NCBI GenBank assembly: GCA_963663995.1
Contig: OY760660.1
Location: forward strand, 1,020,001-1,052,000
Direction of reading: 5' to 3'
Length of the DNA stretch: 32,000 bases
DNA from: Erysipelotrichaceae bacterium
Lineage (GTDB): Bacteria > Bacillota_I > Bacilli_A > Erysipelotrichales > Erysipelotrichaceae
The position numbers were made by a program, and so were the translations under genes. A model generated the notes under the pieces. The model had not been told where the DNA came from and made no database searches. It saw nothing but the letters and a program-made list of their open reading frames with translations. This document shows, one piece after another, positions 9,497 through 16,563 of the stretch (position 1 is its first letter; every line of letters begins with the position of its first letter).

Positions 9497-9534
9497 TAAA
9501 GATGAGTCGAATGACTCATCTTTTGTTTAATTAA
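8047..9534 (+). pseudogene. IS1182-family transposase interrupted by an in-frame TAA (8455-8457)
   Basis: ORFs 8047-8457 and 8545-9534 are in the same frame. The 29 codons between them read LVSGRDLFTDSTHIKANANKKKK..., the conserved first catalytic Asp region, so a single nonsense codon splits the protein. The reading frame runs through the right IR into the duplicated hairpin. Confidence 0.7.
9497..9524. repeat. Right copy of the 28-bp target-site duplication (palindromic terminator hairpin)
   Basis: Identical to 7925-7952. Lies 7 nt from the stop of the convergent aldolase gene. Confidence 0.85.
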
Positions 9535-10190
9535 TTTTTTGGTCTTTCAGGAGTTTCTTGACCATAATATTTAATAACATCTACCGCATCAGCTACTTGA
9601 GCAGGTGTCAGTTCTGCGACTGTACCAATCGATTTAGCAGCGATATAACATTTCGCAGCTTCTTCTAAATAAACACATGCATACAAAGCTTCTTTTAAAC
9701 TTTTACCTATCGTGACAACACCATGATGTTTTAGAATAACAGCCAGTTGATCTCCAAAAGTTTCTACAGCATTAATGCCCATATCTATACTTGCAGCAGA
9801 ACTATACTTAGCAACTTTAACAGCACCTTTTGTCATATTAGCCAACGTTGTTAAAGTACATGGTAATTCATCTTGTACCAAACCAATAGCTGTAGCGTAT
9901 GGTTGATGTGTATGAATAACCGCATTAACATCTGGTCTATTTTTAAAAATATATAATAAAGCTTCAGTGTCTACTGATGCTTTTCTTTTTCCTTCTAATA
10001 TTTTTCCTTCAATATTGACAACAAGAACATCGTCTTCAACCATGTCTTCGTATATCATTCCGGATGGAGTAACTAAAATACTACCATTTTCCATTCTTAC
10101 ACTGATATTACCACCACTCAGAGTGATAAGCTCATAACGATCCATATTGATGCCAGCTTTTATGACATCTCTTTTTTCTTTTTCGTACAT
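9531..10190 (-). CDS. Class II aldolase/adducin-family protein (L-ribulose-5-P 4-epimerase / L-fuculose-P aldolase-like)
   Basis: 219 aa. Motifs GGNISVR, PSG and the metal-binding region AVIHTHQPYATA. Last gene of the minus-strand PTS operon. Confidence 0.75.
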   Translation of the reverse strand: MYEKEKRDVIKAGINMDRYELITLSGGNISVRMENGSILVTPSGMIYEDMVEDDVLVVNIEGKILEGKRKASVDTEALLYIFKNRPDVNAVIHTHQPYATAIGLVQDELPCTLTTLANMTKGAVKVAKYSSAASIDMGINAVETFGDQLAVILKHHGVVTIGKSLKEALYACVYLEEAAKCYIAAKSIGTVAELTPAQVADAVDVIKYYGQETPERPKN

Positions 10191-10201
10191 AATTTTACTT
10201 C

Positions 10202-10741
10202 CTAAGATAACACTGCATCATCAAAGAAATGATCAGTCGTTTCAATTTCATTTATCTCTTGATTACATTTTCGGACATTAAACATATGACTACGTCCTCT
10301 AAATTTCAAACTTTGTGGATGAACTTTTTTCTCAATTACATAAAGTTCATCAATTAATTCTTCTCTTTCACTGAAATAATAATAGGATACCCAGAAGCGA
10401 CCTTTTTTCCCATTTTTATCAGTAATGCGAATGTAAAATTGAGCGTTCGCAAATTCTTTAATTAAAAATCTTGTTAAATCTTCTATCTGATATTCAACTT
10501 CACCAAACGAAATAAATCGAATTGAATTATCAGTAATAACTATTTCTTTAGGATTACTTTTCAAAACAAACGTATTAACCGCACCATAAACAGCAGTACC
10601 TATTCCAAATAAATAAAGCAACTGTGACATATTCATGATAAATAAGACAGTAAATACAACAGCAACAGCAATTAAGATATATCCAGCATATAAAACTTTA
10701 AATTGATAACGTTTTGGATCATAACTATATGTTTTTTGCAT
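10202..10741 (-). CDS. Hypothetical membrane protein (2 N-terminal TM helices plus a soluble, possibly PH-like, domain)
   Basis: ATG at 10741 has AAAGG 8 nt upstream; the ORF-track TTG at 10765 has none. The hydrophobic stretches YILIAVAVVFTVLFI and LLYLFGIGTAVYGAV are followed by a beta-rich region. The architecture resembles DUF304/bPH-type proteins, but this is only a guess. Confidence 0.45.
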   Translation of the reverse strand: MQKTYSYDPKRYQFKVLYAGYILIAVAVVFTVLFIMNMSQLLYLFGIGTAVYGAVNTFVLKSNPKEIVITDNSIRFISFGEVEYQIEDLTRFLIKEFANAQFYIRITDKNGKKGRFWVSYYYFSEREELIDELYVIEKKVHPQSLKFRGRSHMFNVRKCNQEINEIETTDHFFDDAVLS

Positions 10742-10774
10742 AAGGCTTACCTTTCTATGCAACAAAATGCATGT

Positions 10775-10804
10775 ATAGATACACCATAAATATGGTGTAT
10801 CTAT
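10775..10804. repeat. Perfect 30-bp palindrome (14-bp arms) between the EIIC stop and the next gene
   Basis: ATAGATACACCATA-AA-TATGGTGTATCTAT. No T-run directly follows on the transcribed (minus) strand. Confidence 0.8.
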
Positions 10805-10819
10805 TTAACTAAGAACTAA

Positions 10820-12175
10820 TTAGAGAGCAGCTGATTCTTCTTTGATAATTTTCTTTCTATTATAGAAAGCCATACCAAGAGCACCTGCACCTAATGCACT
10901 AATACCAGCCCATCCTAAGCCAGATGATCTAAAGAATAACCAAGTTAATGGATTTGAACCATCGCATAAGCTTGAGAAGTTTCCAGCACCAGCGTATGAT
11001 CCAGGATCAGCAGCAACAGCTGCTTTAACAAATGTATCAACCATATCTGTACCAACGTAAAGCATGATGATTAATGTAAAGAAACCTGAAATTAAAGCTC
11101 TTAAGAAATCACCTTTTGCAGCAGGAACAAATAGAACGAACATCCAAGGAATAACAGCTAAATCAGCAAATGGTAATACTCTATTACCAGGTAATAAAAC
11201 AGCTAATACAATACTTACAGGAACTAGAATCAAAGCACTTGTCATACAAATTGGATGACCAATACCAACAGCTGAATCTAAGCCGATATAAATTTTACCG
11301 TTTCCAGAAGTATGTTTTTCAATGAATTGTTGTGCTGCATCTGAAACTGGAATTAAACCTTCCATAAGAAGTGCAGCCATTTTTGGAATTAAAACTAATG
11401 AAGCAGCTAAGCTCATACCTAATGTTGTAACGCCAAATACGTCATAACCAGCAATAACACCGATAACGACACCAAATACTAAACCGATTAAGATAGGTTC
11501 CCCAAATACACCTAGCTTTTGTTGAATTTTTTCCATATCAACATTTACATTATTTAAACCAGGAATTTTATCAATGATTGCATTAAATAAATAAGCAAAT
11601 GGGACGAATGCTGTTGTAAAACCATGAGGTAAAGAAATACCTGGTAAACCATTGTATTTTTCTAATCCTGGAGCAGTCCAGTCACCTAAAATCATGATAA
11701 TAATCATATTAATTGCAGCGGCAGCCATACCCATAGCTAAACTACCTGTATAAGCTTGAACTAATGCGCCTGTGAAAGCGAAATGCCAATAATCCCAAAT
11801 ATCAACGTCGATCGTTTGAGTTGTTTTAGTTAACAACATAACGATATTAACTGTTAAACCAATTGGAATAATAAATGTTCCAACTTCAGACGCAAATGCG
11901 ATAGCAGCTGAAGCAACCCAGCCGATGTCGACAGCATCCATTTGTAAACCATACAATGTAACCATTTGTTGAACAGCTGGGCCTAAATTACCTGCCATTA
12001 AACCGGTTACTAAACCTAAACCAATGAAGCCAACACCTACAGTTAAACCAGCTCTTAGTGATTTACCAAACGGTGCACCTAATGCTAACCCTAAAATCAA
12101 CATTATGATTGGCATCATAACTGATGGTCCTAAATCAGAAATAAATTGAAAGAACCCTAAAATTACATCTACCAT
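10820..12175 (-). CDS. PTS system EIIC component, galactitol (Gat) family
   Basis: 451 aa polytopic membrane protein. Length and N-terminal pattern (ILGFFQFISDLGPSVMMPIIM.ILGL) resemble GatC-type permeases. RBS AAAGGAGAAAAAATG. Confidence 0.8.
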   Translation of the reverse strand: MVDVILGFFQFISDLGPSVMMPIIMLILGLALGAPFGKSLRAGLTVGVGFIGLGLVTGLMAGNLGPAVQQMVTLYGLQMDAVDIGWVASAAIAFASEVGTFIIPIGLTVNIVMLLTKTTQTIDVDIWDYWHFAFTGALVQAYTGSLAMGMAAAAINMIIIMILGDWTAPGLEKYNGLPGISLPHGFTTAFVPFAYLFNAIIDKIPGLNNVNVDMEKIQQKLGVFGEPILIGLVFGVVIGVIAGYDVFGVTTLGMSLAASLVLIPKMAALLMEGLIPVSDAAQQFIEKHTSGNGKIYIGLDSAVGIGHPICMTSALILVPVSIVLAVLLPGNRVLPFADLAVIPWMFVLFVPAAKGDFLRALISGFFTLIIMLYVGTDMVDTFVKAAVAADPGSYAGAGNFSSLCDGSNPLTWLFFRSSGLGWAGISALGAGALGMAFYNRKKIIKEESAAL

Positions 12176-12238
12176 TTTTTCTCCTTTTTTAAGCGTTATA
12201 AAGAACTCTTGTCTCCATAACTAAATAGTTAACAAAAC

Positions 12239-12547
12239 TTATTTTCCCTCTGGCCAAAGAATTGCAACAACTTCATCTGCAACTTTATCCATACCTCTAC
12301 CCGTTACTAATGGCAATGCATTAACGGTTGGTGTTTTTAAGAAACTAGGTACAGTTGTTGTGTGAACTATTACATCAAATCCATCATCCTTAGATGATAA
12401 TTCAGCAATTTTATACTGAGTCGTTGAGTACTGACCTTTGTAACCTCTGGCGTCCAGTAATTCTGATAATCTTTTGGTGGCTAATGTTGAGGTTACAACA
12501 CCTGTGCCGCAAGAAATCAGAATTTTTTTTGCTTTACCGACTGTCAT
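12239..12547 (-). CDS. PTS system EIIB component (Gat/type-2 EIIB)
   Basis: 102 aa. Phosphorylatable Cys in KKILISCGTGVVTS. RBS AAAGGAGAAATTATC before the ATG. Confidence 0.8.
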   Translation of the reverse strand: MTVGKAKKILISCGTGVVTSTLATKRLSELLDARGYKGQYSTTQYKIAELSSKDDGFDVIVHTTTVPSFLKTPTVNALPLVTGRGMDKVADEVVAILWPEGK

Positions 12548-12614
12548 GATAATTTCTCCTTTCTTTCATTTTGATTTCTTATTTGATAGGAAATAAGCTT
12601 CTGTAAACAAATCT

Positions 12615-12640
12615 ATGTAATAGCATTTTTGCTTTACATT
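12615..12640. promoter_or_regulatory. Degenerate, expanded third copy of the ATGTAA...TTACAT palindrome, in the EIIB 5' region
   Basis: ATGTAATAGCATTTTTGCTTTACATT shares both half-sites with box 1 (AATGTAATTGCTTACATT) but carries extra central bases. It can form a 9-bp stem with one bulge. Confidence 0.35.
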
Positions 12641-12709
12641 CAAATTAATGAACAAACTTTTATTCGTGATATACTAGCGCTATATTCAACTTTTATAGAA
12701 AGGGCCATC

Positions 12710-13507
12710 ATGATATCAGAATTCAAAAAATCTCTAGCACAATACTTAATCGTCTTAATTTTTCTTTCAGCTGTTTTTGTAGTAATAATTATTCCAACTA
12801 CATCTCCTCTTGGATTTTTATCTCCAATAACTAAGTTTTTACTCTTAACGCTTTCACTTTTCGTTGCCCATACTTTAGCTGCAGTGATAAGTACAAAGAC
12901 TGGTAATAAGGAATTTCAACGTATCGCTAGTATTCTAATGACTGATTGTGATGTTAATCAGTTTTTTGCTGAATCTACTCCACTTTTGAAAAAAGGAAGC
13001 AGACAATCAAATTTAGCAAAATATATTTTATTGAGTAACGCCTATCTTGCTAAAGGTGATTACTCTGAAGTTATGCAAATTTTAGAGAAAGCTATTCAAG
13101 ATTCGAATGTAGACTGGATTACTGAAGAAATGAAACATAATATGTGTCACATTTACAGAAATGCATGTATTGCATCAGTTGAAATGGATCAATCTAAACA
13201 AGCTATTAATCTATATTCGAAGTTAAGTGACTTATCTTTAACAATCAATAATTCAGCAAATTTCAAACAAGATTCAGAATCAGTCAAATTGTTCACTCGT
13301 GATTACATTGGAGTATTTACGAAGCCATCAATGGATGTTAGTCAACTTGAGGAAACATTTTCATCTAGTTCCTCCAACTATTACAAATTAATGTTAGCCC
13401 ATATACTCACTCGTTATTTTCAAAAAAATAAAAATAATGCTAAGAAGAACTTCTATAATGATTACATTCTTGAAAATAAGAGTGATTGCTTCACATCAAT
13501 GAAGTAA
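12710..13507 (+). CDS. Hypothetical membrane protein (2 TM helices plus an alpha-helical, TPR-like C-terminal region)
   Basis: ATG 12710 preferred over the ORF-track TTG at 12629. GAAAGGG lies 5 nt upstream, and an extended -10-like TGATATACT sits at 12667-12675. No recognisable catalytic motif. Confidence 0.5.
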   Translation: MISEFKKSLAQYLIVLIFLSAVFVVIIIPTTSPLGFLSPITKFLLLTLSLFVAHTLAAVISTKTGNKEFQRIASILMTDCDVNQFFAESTPLLKKGSRQSNLAKYILLSNAYLAKGDYSEVMQILEKAIQDSNVDWITEEMKHNMCHIYRNACIASVEMDQSKQAINLYSKLSDLSLTINNSANFKQDSESVKLFTRDYIGVFTKPSMDVSQLEETFSSSSSNYYKLMLAHILTRYFQKNKNNAKKNFYNDYILENKSDCFTSMK

Positions 13508-13527
13508 TTTATACAATATTTCTCAAA

Positions 13528-13605
13528 AATGTAATTGCTTACATTTCTATTCTAACGTTTCAAAATCAAGATATTTGATACCATAGTTTCACTTTTTCCA
13601 CATCA
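13528..13605 (-). repeat. Copy A of the two-box module: box 1 (13528-13546) and box 2 (13586-13605)
   Basis: Box 1 AATGTAATTGCTTACATTT and box 2 GTTTCACTTTTTCCACATCA are identical to those at 16260-16337, with the same 58-nt start-to-start spacing. The 39 nt between the boxes have diverged. Confidence 0.8.
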
Positions 13606-13663
13606 TTGTGGTAATAATCTAGATTCAAATTTTATATTGACCAAAATTATGAAATATAGACAT

Positions 13664-13694
13664 AAAAACTCCTGAAATCTTTAGGAGTTTTTTA
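13664..13694. terminator. Bidirectional intrinsic terminator
   Basis: AAAAACTCCT (13664-13673) / AGGAGTTTTT (13683-13692), with a T-run on the plus strand and an A-run (T-run on the minus strand) flanking it. Confidence 0.7.
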
Positions 13695-13842
13695 GTACCA
13701 ATTCTTTTTCAATCTTTTTTTCCGATATTTCAATACGCTGGAACTATAAATGTTCTTGTTGGTTTACCGATCACCTCAAATGTATGAAGTGTTCGGTAAA
13801 CAACAGTCGGTCCAACGTATAAACGTTAGTAAACTTACAGCT

Positions 13843-14325
13843 TTAAATGGCTTCTTTAAAATAATCAGCGATTTCAACTGCTGAAGTGGAATTATAAATT
13901 TTCTCCAAAACTTTTGGATCTTGAATAAACATAATTAGTTTTGAAAGTAATTCCATATGTTGATGGCCTTCTTTCAATGCTAACATCACAACAATCGAGG
14001 TTTTTATAATTTCATCATGATTAGACATCATCCTAAAATCAACGGGATTCTTTAATGTTGCAATACAAATACAAGCTTTATTAACATGTTCTATGTCCGC
14101 ATGAGGAATAGCAATTCCATAACTTTCAGTTGGTAACCCAGTCGCGAAAGCAATTTCACGATCTTTTACTGCTTGTTGAAAAGAATCTTTTACATATCCT
14201 AGTTTATATAAATGACTAGCCATTTTATCTAGTACATCTTCAGATGTTTCTAGATCCTCATTTAATAAAACTAATTCCTCGCTAATATCAACTAGACTCA
14301 TAGTATTTCTCCTAACTATTTCCAA
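13843..14325 (-). CDS. PTS system EIIA component (type-2, mannitol/fructose-class EIIA)
   Basis: 160 aa. Phosphorylatable His in GIAIPHADIEHV. Overlaps the regulator stop by 14 nt. Confidence 0.8.
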   Translation of the reverse strand: MEIVRRNTMSLVDISEELVLLNEDLETSEDVLDKMASHLYKLGYVKDSFQQAVKDREIAFATGLPTESYGIAIPHADIEHVNKACICIATLKNPVDFRMMSNHDEIIKTSIVVMLALKEGHQHMELLSKLIMFIQDPKVLEKIYNSTSAVEIADYFKEAI

Positions 14326-16246
14326 ACATTCTATTGAACTTAATACTGAAATCTTCTTTGTTTTTAATCAACATTAGCTCATCCCAGAAATCAGAATTGT
14401 ATTCCAAATCGGCTAATCGTTTAAAAAAGTTTATAAATCTATCCGTGTCGTCTTCATGAATATTTACTGATAGAATAAATCTCACTTTGTTAAATTCATC
14501 CCAATGTATTGGGTTTTTTAATGTTATTACTTGAATGCTACTAAACAGCACTGCATCATTCATTGCATGTGGTAAACCAATATAAGGTGCAACAACTGTT
14601 GATCCTAATTCTTCACGTTCAACAAGAGCTTTTAAGAAACCTTCTTTTACATATTTTTTTTCTAGCAGTACTTTATCAATAAATTTAAGGACATCATTTT
14701 TAGATGCAAACTCCTTATCGAGATACACATTTTCAGGATTTAAGAAATTGTATTCTTGAACATAACTATTTTTATCAATAACAGTTCTTACATGATCTAA
14801 ATCTTTTGTAGTAAGTAATGGACTTACAAGAATGACGGGCAACAAACTATTCACATTTATTGTAGATATGATTAGATCAGCTTCTTTATTTGTATATTTA
14901 TTAACTTCTAAATTTGAGACGACATCAATAATGTCTAAATTTGCAAAGTTGCGTTTCAGTTTTGCGACTAATAATTGAGCTGTTCCCAATCCACTAGCAC
15001 ACATAACTACCGTTCTAATAGGTTTAAAATTTCTTTCTAATGCAGCTGCGAAATGGAGGGCTAGATAAGCTATTTCATGGGTAGGAATTTGTGCATTGAA
15101 ATCAATTTTAAAAATATCAGCATTTTTCATCAATATCTGACAAAGTTCGCCATAATCTCTTTGGATTTCGTCAAACAATGGATTTTGAATAGTTAAACCA
15201 TATTCCAAACGATTGATAGCAGGTTTTAAATGAAGAATTAAACTATTGAACAAATGCACATCATTTTCTAAGAAAATACCAAGTTCTACTTGAACATTTC
15301 TTATCATCTTCAGAACACTTTCTTCCAATTTTGAATCATCAGATTTCAATTTAAAATCGATTAATTCCATATTTTCTTTAAGTCTTTTCGCACACAGAAA
15401 ATGTAATAATATATAGTATTTCTCTTCATCCGAGAATCTTACATTAAATTCAAGTTCAATTTTCTTTGCTGTTGACTCAGCAACAAAATATTCTTTTTGG
15501 CCTTTTAATTTTTCAACAAGATCTGGTGATAATACAACTGAATTCCCTTGTTGCATTCTTCTTATCGCGATAGCTATATGAACAATAAGATTTACTGTTG
15601 CCTCACTTGAAAGATGATATCCCAATGCTTTTTCAGCATCTTTTACTATTTTTTCTACTTTCTTAAAATCAATATTCAGAGATTCTTTAAATCTTTCTAA
15701 GAATTGTGATGAATAAATCTCATTCTGAGTTTCATAAATCTCTTCACTATTAATATTGGTCGCAAATGCAAGAACTTTTCGTTTTTCATCTTCGCTACCA
15801 TCAATATAAATCCCCTCACCCTTGTGATAACTAATAGTTAAACCAAAGTCATTTAGTGTCTCATTAATAACTTGAATATCTTTATTAATTGTTGAATGAC
15901 TTACATGATAATCAAGACTTAATTGTTTTATTAAAAGAGAATCATTATTCATTATTAGTTGAGTAAGAATGTCTCTTTGTCGATCAGCAGGAGACATCTG
16001 TTTTCTTGATTTGAAAATGTCTGAATCTAAGAATTCTTGATATTGTGAAATATCACCATTTACCATTACTCCTTGGCCTGGTTTTTTTATGATTTCAATA
16101 TCAAAATTACGAACTAAATTTTCAATATCTTTTAGTTCATTTCTCACAGTTTTTTCTGAGAAGCCTATATTCTCTGCTATTTCACTCACACTAAAATAGC
16201 GCTTTTCAGAAAACAATAATCTAAGTATGTCATTTTTTCTTTTCAT
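14312..16246 (-). CDS. PRD-domain transcriptional regulator of the MtlR/LicR/ManR type (HTH - Mga-like HTH - PRD1 - PRD2 - EIIB-like - EIIA-like)
   Basis: N-terminal wHTH (YFSVSEIAENIGFSEKTVRNELKDI). PRD histidines (NLIVHIAIAIRR, LILHLKPAINR, YLALHFAAA). EIIB-like Cys (VVMCASGLGTAQL). EIIA-like His (GLPHAM). ATG 16246 is preferred over the ORF-track TTG at 16261. Confidence 0.8.
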   Translation of the reverse strand: MKRKNDILRLLFSEKRYFSVSEIAENIGFSEKTVRNELKDIENLVRNFDIEIIKKPGQGVMVNGDISQYQEFLDSDIFKSRKQMSPADRQRDILTQLIMNNDSLLIKQLSLDYHVSHSTINKDIQVINETLNDFGLTISYHKGEGIYIDGSEDEKRKVLAFATNINSEEIYETQNEIYSSQFLERFKESLNIDFKKVEKIVKDAEKALGYHLSSEATVNLIVHIAIAIRRMQQGNSVVLSPDLVEKLKGQKEYFVAESTAKKIELEFNVRFSDEEKYYILLHFLCAKRLKENMELIDFKLKSDDSKLEESVLKMIRNVQVELGIFLENDVHLFNSLILHLKPAINRLEYGLTIQNPLFDEIQRDYGELCQILMKNADIFKIDFNAQIPTHEIAYLALHFAAALERNFKPIRTVVMCASGLGTAQLLVAKLKRNFANLDIIDVVSNLEVNKYTNKEADLIISTINVNSLLPVILVSPLLTTKDLDHVRTVIDKNSYVQEYNFLNPENVYLDKEFASKNDVLKFIDKVLLEKKYVKEGFLKALVEREELGSTVVAPYIGLPHAMNDAVLFSSIQVITLKNPIHWDEFNKVRFILSVNIHEDDTDRFINFFKRLADLEYNSDFWDELMLIKNKEDFSIKFNRMFGNS

Positions 16247-16259
16247 AATTTTGATCAAC

Positions 16260-16337
16260 AATGTAATTGCTTACATTTACATTTTACAAACAAAAAATAG
16301 GGAAAAATATTATATATGTTTCACTTTTTCCACATCA
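16260..16337 (-). repeat. Copy B of the two-box module: box 1 (16260-16278) and box 2 (16318-16337), in the regulator 5' region
   Basis: Same boxes and spacing as 13528-13605. Box 1 lies 13 nt upstream of the regulator ATG. Box 2 coincides with the spacer of the putative promoter. Confidence 0.8.
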
Positions 16338-16338
16338 A
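16309..16338 (-). promoter_or_regulatory. Putative sigma-A promoter of the regulator-EIIA operon
   Basis: On the minus strand: TTGATG (rc of 16333-16338), 18 nt, TATAAT (rc of 16309-16314). Confidence 0.45.
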
Positions 16339-16433
16339 TGTTGCAAAAGATAAATTAAGAGCCTTTCACTGATAACTATAGCAAATTACATTTGAAAGAA
16401 GTTTTTATAGTAAAATTCCTTTAATTTATTTAT

Positions 16434-16518
16434 TGAATTGATATTTATTAATTTTCTCAATAAGAAATTTTGTGAGAAAATGAGGAAAATTTACATTTTT
16501 TTATTGAAAAACTTTTCA
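16434..16518. promoter_or_regulatory. Two ARG-box-like palindromes upstream of argG (16434-16447 and 16505-16518)
   Basis: TGAATTGATATTTA and TGAAAAACTTTTCA, compared with the TGAAT-N4-ATTCA core I recall for ArgR/AhrC operators. Confidence 0.3.
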
Positions 16519-16563
16519 TGTACAATTAAACTTAGATAAACAATTTGAAAGAGGACAGCGTTT

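Noticed and set aside
13695-13842. Possible gene remnant on the minus strand (reads RLYVGPTVVYRTLHTFEVIGKPTRTFIVPAY-stop) between EIIA and the terminator
   Set aside because: It has no start codon and I recognise no family. It is too short to separate from chance. It could be a relic of a lost PTS-locus gene, but I cannot support that without a database search.
7400-16300. Defence system, toxin-antitoxin module or prophage in the accessory stretch around the IS
   Set aside because: No nuclease, ATPase, methyltransferase, integrase or paired small-ORF architecture is present. The unknown proteins (SHOCT protein, 2-TM protein, TPR-like membrane protein) are isolated and have no recognisable enzymatic motifs.
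12548-16345. Sigma-54 (-24/-12) promoters or RAT antiterminator hairpins associated with the PRD regulator
   Set aside because: No TGGCA-N7-TTGC pattern is present. The TTGC inside box 1 has no GG element 10 nt upstream on either strand. The regulator is of the DNA-binding MtlR/LicR architecture, with no CAT RNA-binding domain and no AAA+ domain, so neither mechanism is expected.
16262-16563. A second T-box or other riboswitch upstream of argG
   Set aside because: There is no GGTGGTACCGCG-like T-box sequence and no terminator/antiterminator pair. Only AT-rich DNA with short palindromes is present.
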